A stretch of 64,000 bases of DNA from Macrostomum lignano. Its lineage: Eukaryota. The first letter of the stretch is position 1. Each line of letters opens with the position of its first letter. The notes beneath the pieces are model-generated. The model was not told the origin of the DNA, ran no database searches, and saw only the letters and a list, made by a program, of their open reading frames with translations. A program made the translations under genes and the position numbers. Positions 61,868 through 64,000 of the stretch are shown here, piece by piece. The DNA lies in the NCBI GenBank assembly GCA_002269645.1, contig NIVC01003564.1, positions 27,033-91,032 on the forward strand, in the 5' to 3' direction.

Positions 61868-62575
61868 CAACAGTCACAGGTGGTAATTATCTAGAGTCAC
61901 AGGTGCTAATTATCTAGAGTCACAGGTGGTAATTATCTAGAGTCACAGGTGCTAATTATCTAGAGTCACAGGTGCTAATTATCTAGAGTCACAGGTGCTA
62001 ATTATTTAGAGTCTTAAGTGCTATTGTCTAGAGTCACATGTGGTAATTATCTAGAGTCACAGGTGGTAATTATCTAGAGTCACAGGTGGTAATTATCTAG
62101 AGTCACAGGTGCTAATTATCTAGTCTTAAGTGCTATTGTCTAGAGTCACATGTGGTAATTATCTGAGTCTTAAGTGCTATTGTCTACAGTCACAGGTGGT
62201 AAATATCTAGAGTCACAGGTGGTAATTATCTAGAGTCTTAAGTGCTATTGTCTAGAGTCACATGTGGTAATTATCTAGAGTCTTAAGTGCTATTATCTAG
62301 AGTCACAGGTGGTAATTATCTAAAGTCACAGGTGCTATTGTCTAGTCACAGGTAGTAATTATATAGAGTCACAGGTGGTAATTATCTAGAGTCACAGGTG
62401 GTAATTATCTAGAGTCACAGGTGGTAATTATCTAAAGTCACAGGTGCTATTGTCTAGTCACAGGTAGTAATTATATAGAGTCACAGGTGGTAATTATATA
62501 GAGTCACAGGTGGTAATTATCTAGAGTCTCAGGTGCTATTGTCTAGTCACAGGTGATGTTATCTAGAGTCTTAGA
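61868..62575. repeat. 23-nt minisatellite GAGTCACAGGTGGTAATTATCTA with interspersed 22-nt variant (about 30 units)
   Basis: Directly visible. Confidence 0.95.
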
Positions 62576-62733
62576 TAGTATTATTTAGGAGTGAAAAATG
62601 GTATTTTTATTGTAGTGGATAAAAAATTTTCTGATGGAGAATTATACTTATTTTTCTAATCAATATTTGTTTATTTATTCTGCAGCAAATATTTGGTAAT
62701 ACAAAAATTACTTTATTGCTTTTTTCAGGCCCT

Positions 62734-63481
62734 ATGGATTGCCGGATTATCGTTTTGTCAACAATAATCTTTTATGCCAGCTACTTGATTCCGTGGCACA
62801 GAATTGTCGTATCCTTTCAGTTTCAACATTTGCAAGGATAGAATTAATGTAAGATTGCTTCAAGCTTGCTCGAATCAAAGCGAGAATTATTTCAACTCGC
62901 AATGCGAGTGTCAGAGCTGCACCATTGTGAAACAAAGATGCTTTTCAAATCCTAATGACTTAATCTGTCCGAAATATCGTGAGCTAAACTATTGCGCACT
63001 GAATACTACAAGCAGTGCAATGCTAGTAGTTTCACTCCTACCACCAGTGCGAGAGGCGTAGAGTCTACTAGCGGAGCTACTGATAATCTGTTGTTAACTA
63101 CCGACAGCAACGGCAAAGTCTATGACGGTCTGTCCACTGCAGTGAAGATAACAATTCCTATTCTAATTATCATAGTTGTTGTAATCGGAATAGCGATGTT
63201 CATTCGATTGAAGTACGCCGACGTGATAAGAGTGAAGTTTACTAGCTTTTGTCGCCTGTTGCCTAGGAGTCGGCAAGCTCAGACTCAGACGCCATTTGAT
63301 AACAACAGCGCCAACCGCCAGAGTAAGCATGTTCAGTGAGCCTACTGCAATTGAACCAGCAGCTCCTTTGCTTGATGTGCAGCAGCAGCAGCAGCAGCAT
63401 GTGGAAAATGACTTGGATCATGAGCCGGTAGTGGTCGACATACCAGACACTCCTGACCCTGCTCCGCAAGCCAATGCCTGA
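62734..63481 (+). CDS. Putative Cys-rich single-pass membrane protein, frameshifted (pseudogene or consensus errors)
   Basis: After an acceptor at 62728: signal-like MDCRIIVLSTIIFYASYLI, a Cys-rich segment (ORF 62804-63061), a Ser/Thr stalk and TM-like ITIPILIIIVVVIGIAMFI-RLK (ORF 62992-63339). Joining needs shifts near 62790 and 62995, possibly also 63320. Confidence 0.5.
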
Positions 63482-64000
63482 ACTGTCGGGTCATTCGAAA
63501 ATTTGAAGCGTTTTTGTATGAATTGTTAATTTGTCATAACGAATAATACAACAGCCGCTCCAACCTAGGTCTGTAATCTGTAAAATTAACCATCTTTGAA
63601 CAAAACAATCGTATTTGTTAAAGAAAGTTTTTAGCAGACGAAAAATTTCTGTATGCATCATGATAAAAATCACCACAAAAAGACGACGTATAATCAGGAA
63701 CTATTATGTAAACTTAAGCTAATAAAGTGGTGTCCCAAATTATCCCTTTGCTTGTTCTCCCCTATCCTAGGTCCAATTTTTTGTCACTTTTTCGCCCAAC
63801 CTAGCTTCCTGGTGTCACTGTGAGCATAATGACGTATCATTTGTGTATTGGCTCCACTTTATAAGCTTAAGTTGACAAACTTTATAGTAAGCAGAGAAAG
63901 AGATTTAAGATCACTTGAAATAACACACATTAGCAGCTGTAAAATCCATTCAAAAATCCAAATTCTGCTTGTGTCCCCAATGCTTAAAGTAGTAATCGTC

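Overview
Eukaryotic (animal) genomic DNA. It has spliceosomal introns, is rich in minisatellites and transposon remnants, and is moderately GC-rich to about 37 kb and AT-rich from about 37.5 to 58.8 kb. The style suggests a Macrostomum-like flatworm (inference only). The standout is a tandem minus-strand family encoding an N-terminal array of near-identical 33-aa ankyrin-like repeats, spliced through a 42-nt micro-exon to a Mab-21/cGAS-like (cGLR) nucleotidyltransferase and a helical C-terminal domain. Copy 1 (1-9022, runs off the left edge) has 70 repeat units; copy 2 (19697-23760) has 6; a third, decayed paralog fragment lies at about 10.8-11.0 kb. Repeat variation is concentrated in a few positions, notably the dipeptide before the GH turn, and is arranged in 10-, 8- and 3-unit higher-order blocks. 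This suggests a reshufflable innate-immune sensor. Also present: the last two exons of thymidine phosphorylase, a GPATCH8-like gene (minus strand), NDUFA9 (plus strand, with a deeply nested transposon stack in intron 1), a frameshifted Cys-rich single-pass membrane protein, LINE/SINE/hAT/P-like/Kolobok-like remnants and more than 15 tandem-repeat arrays. Several 1-bp frameshifts, including two in NDUFA9, look like consensus errors. All calls were made by eye; no database search was run.
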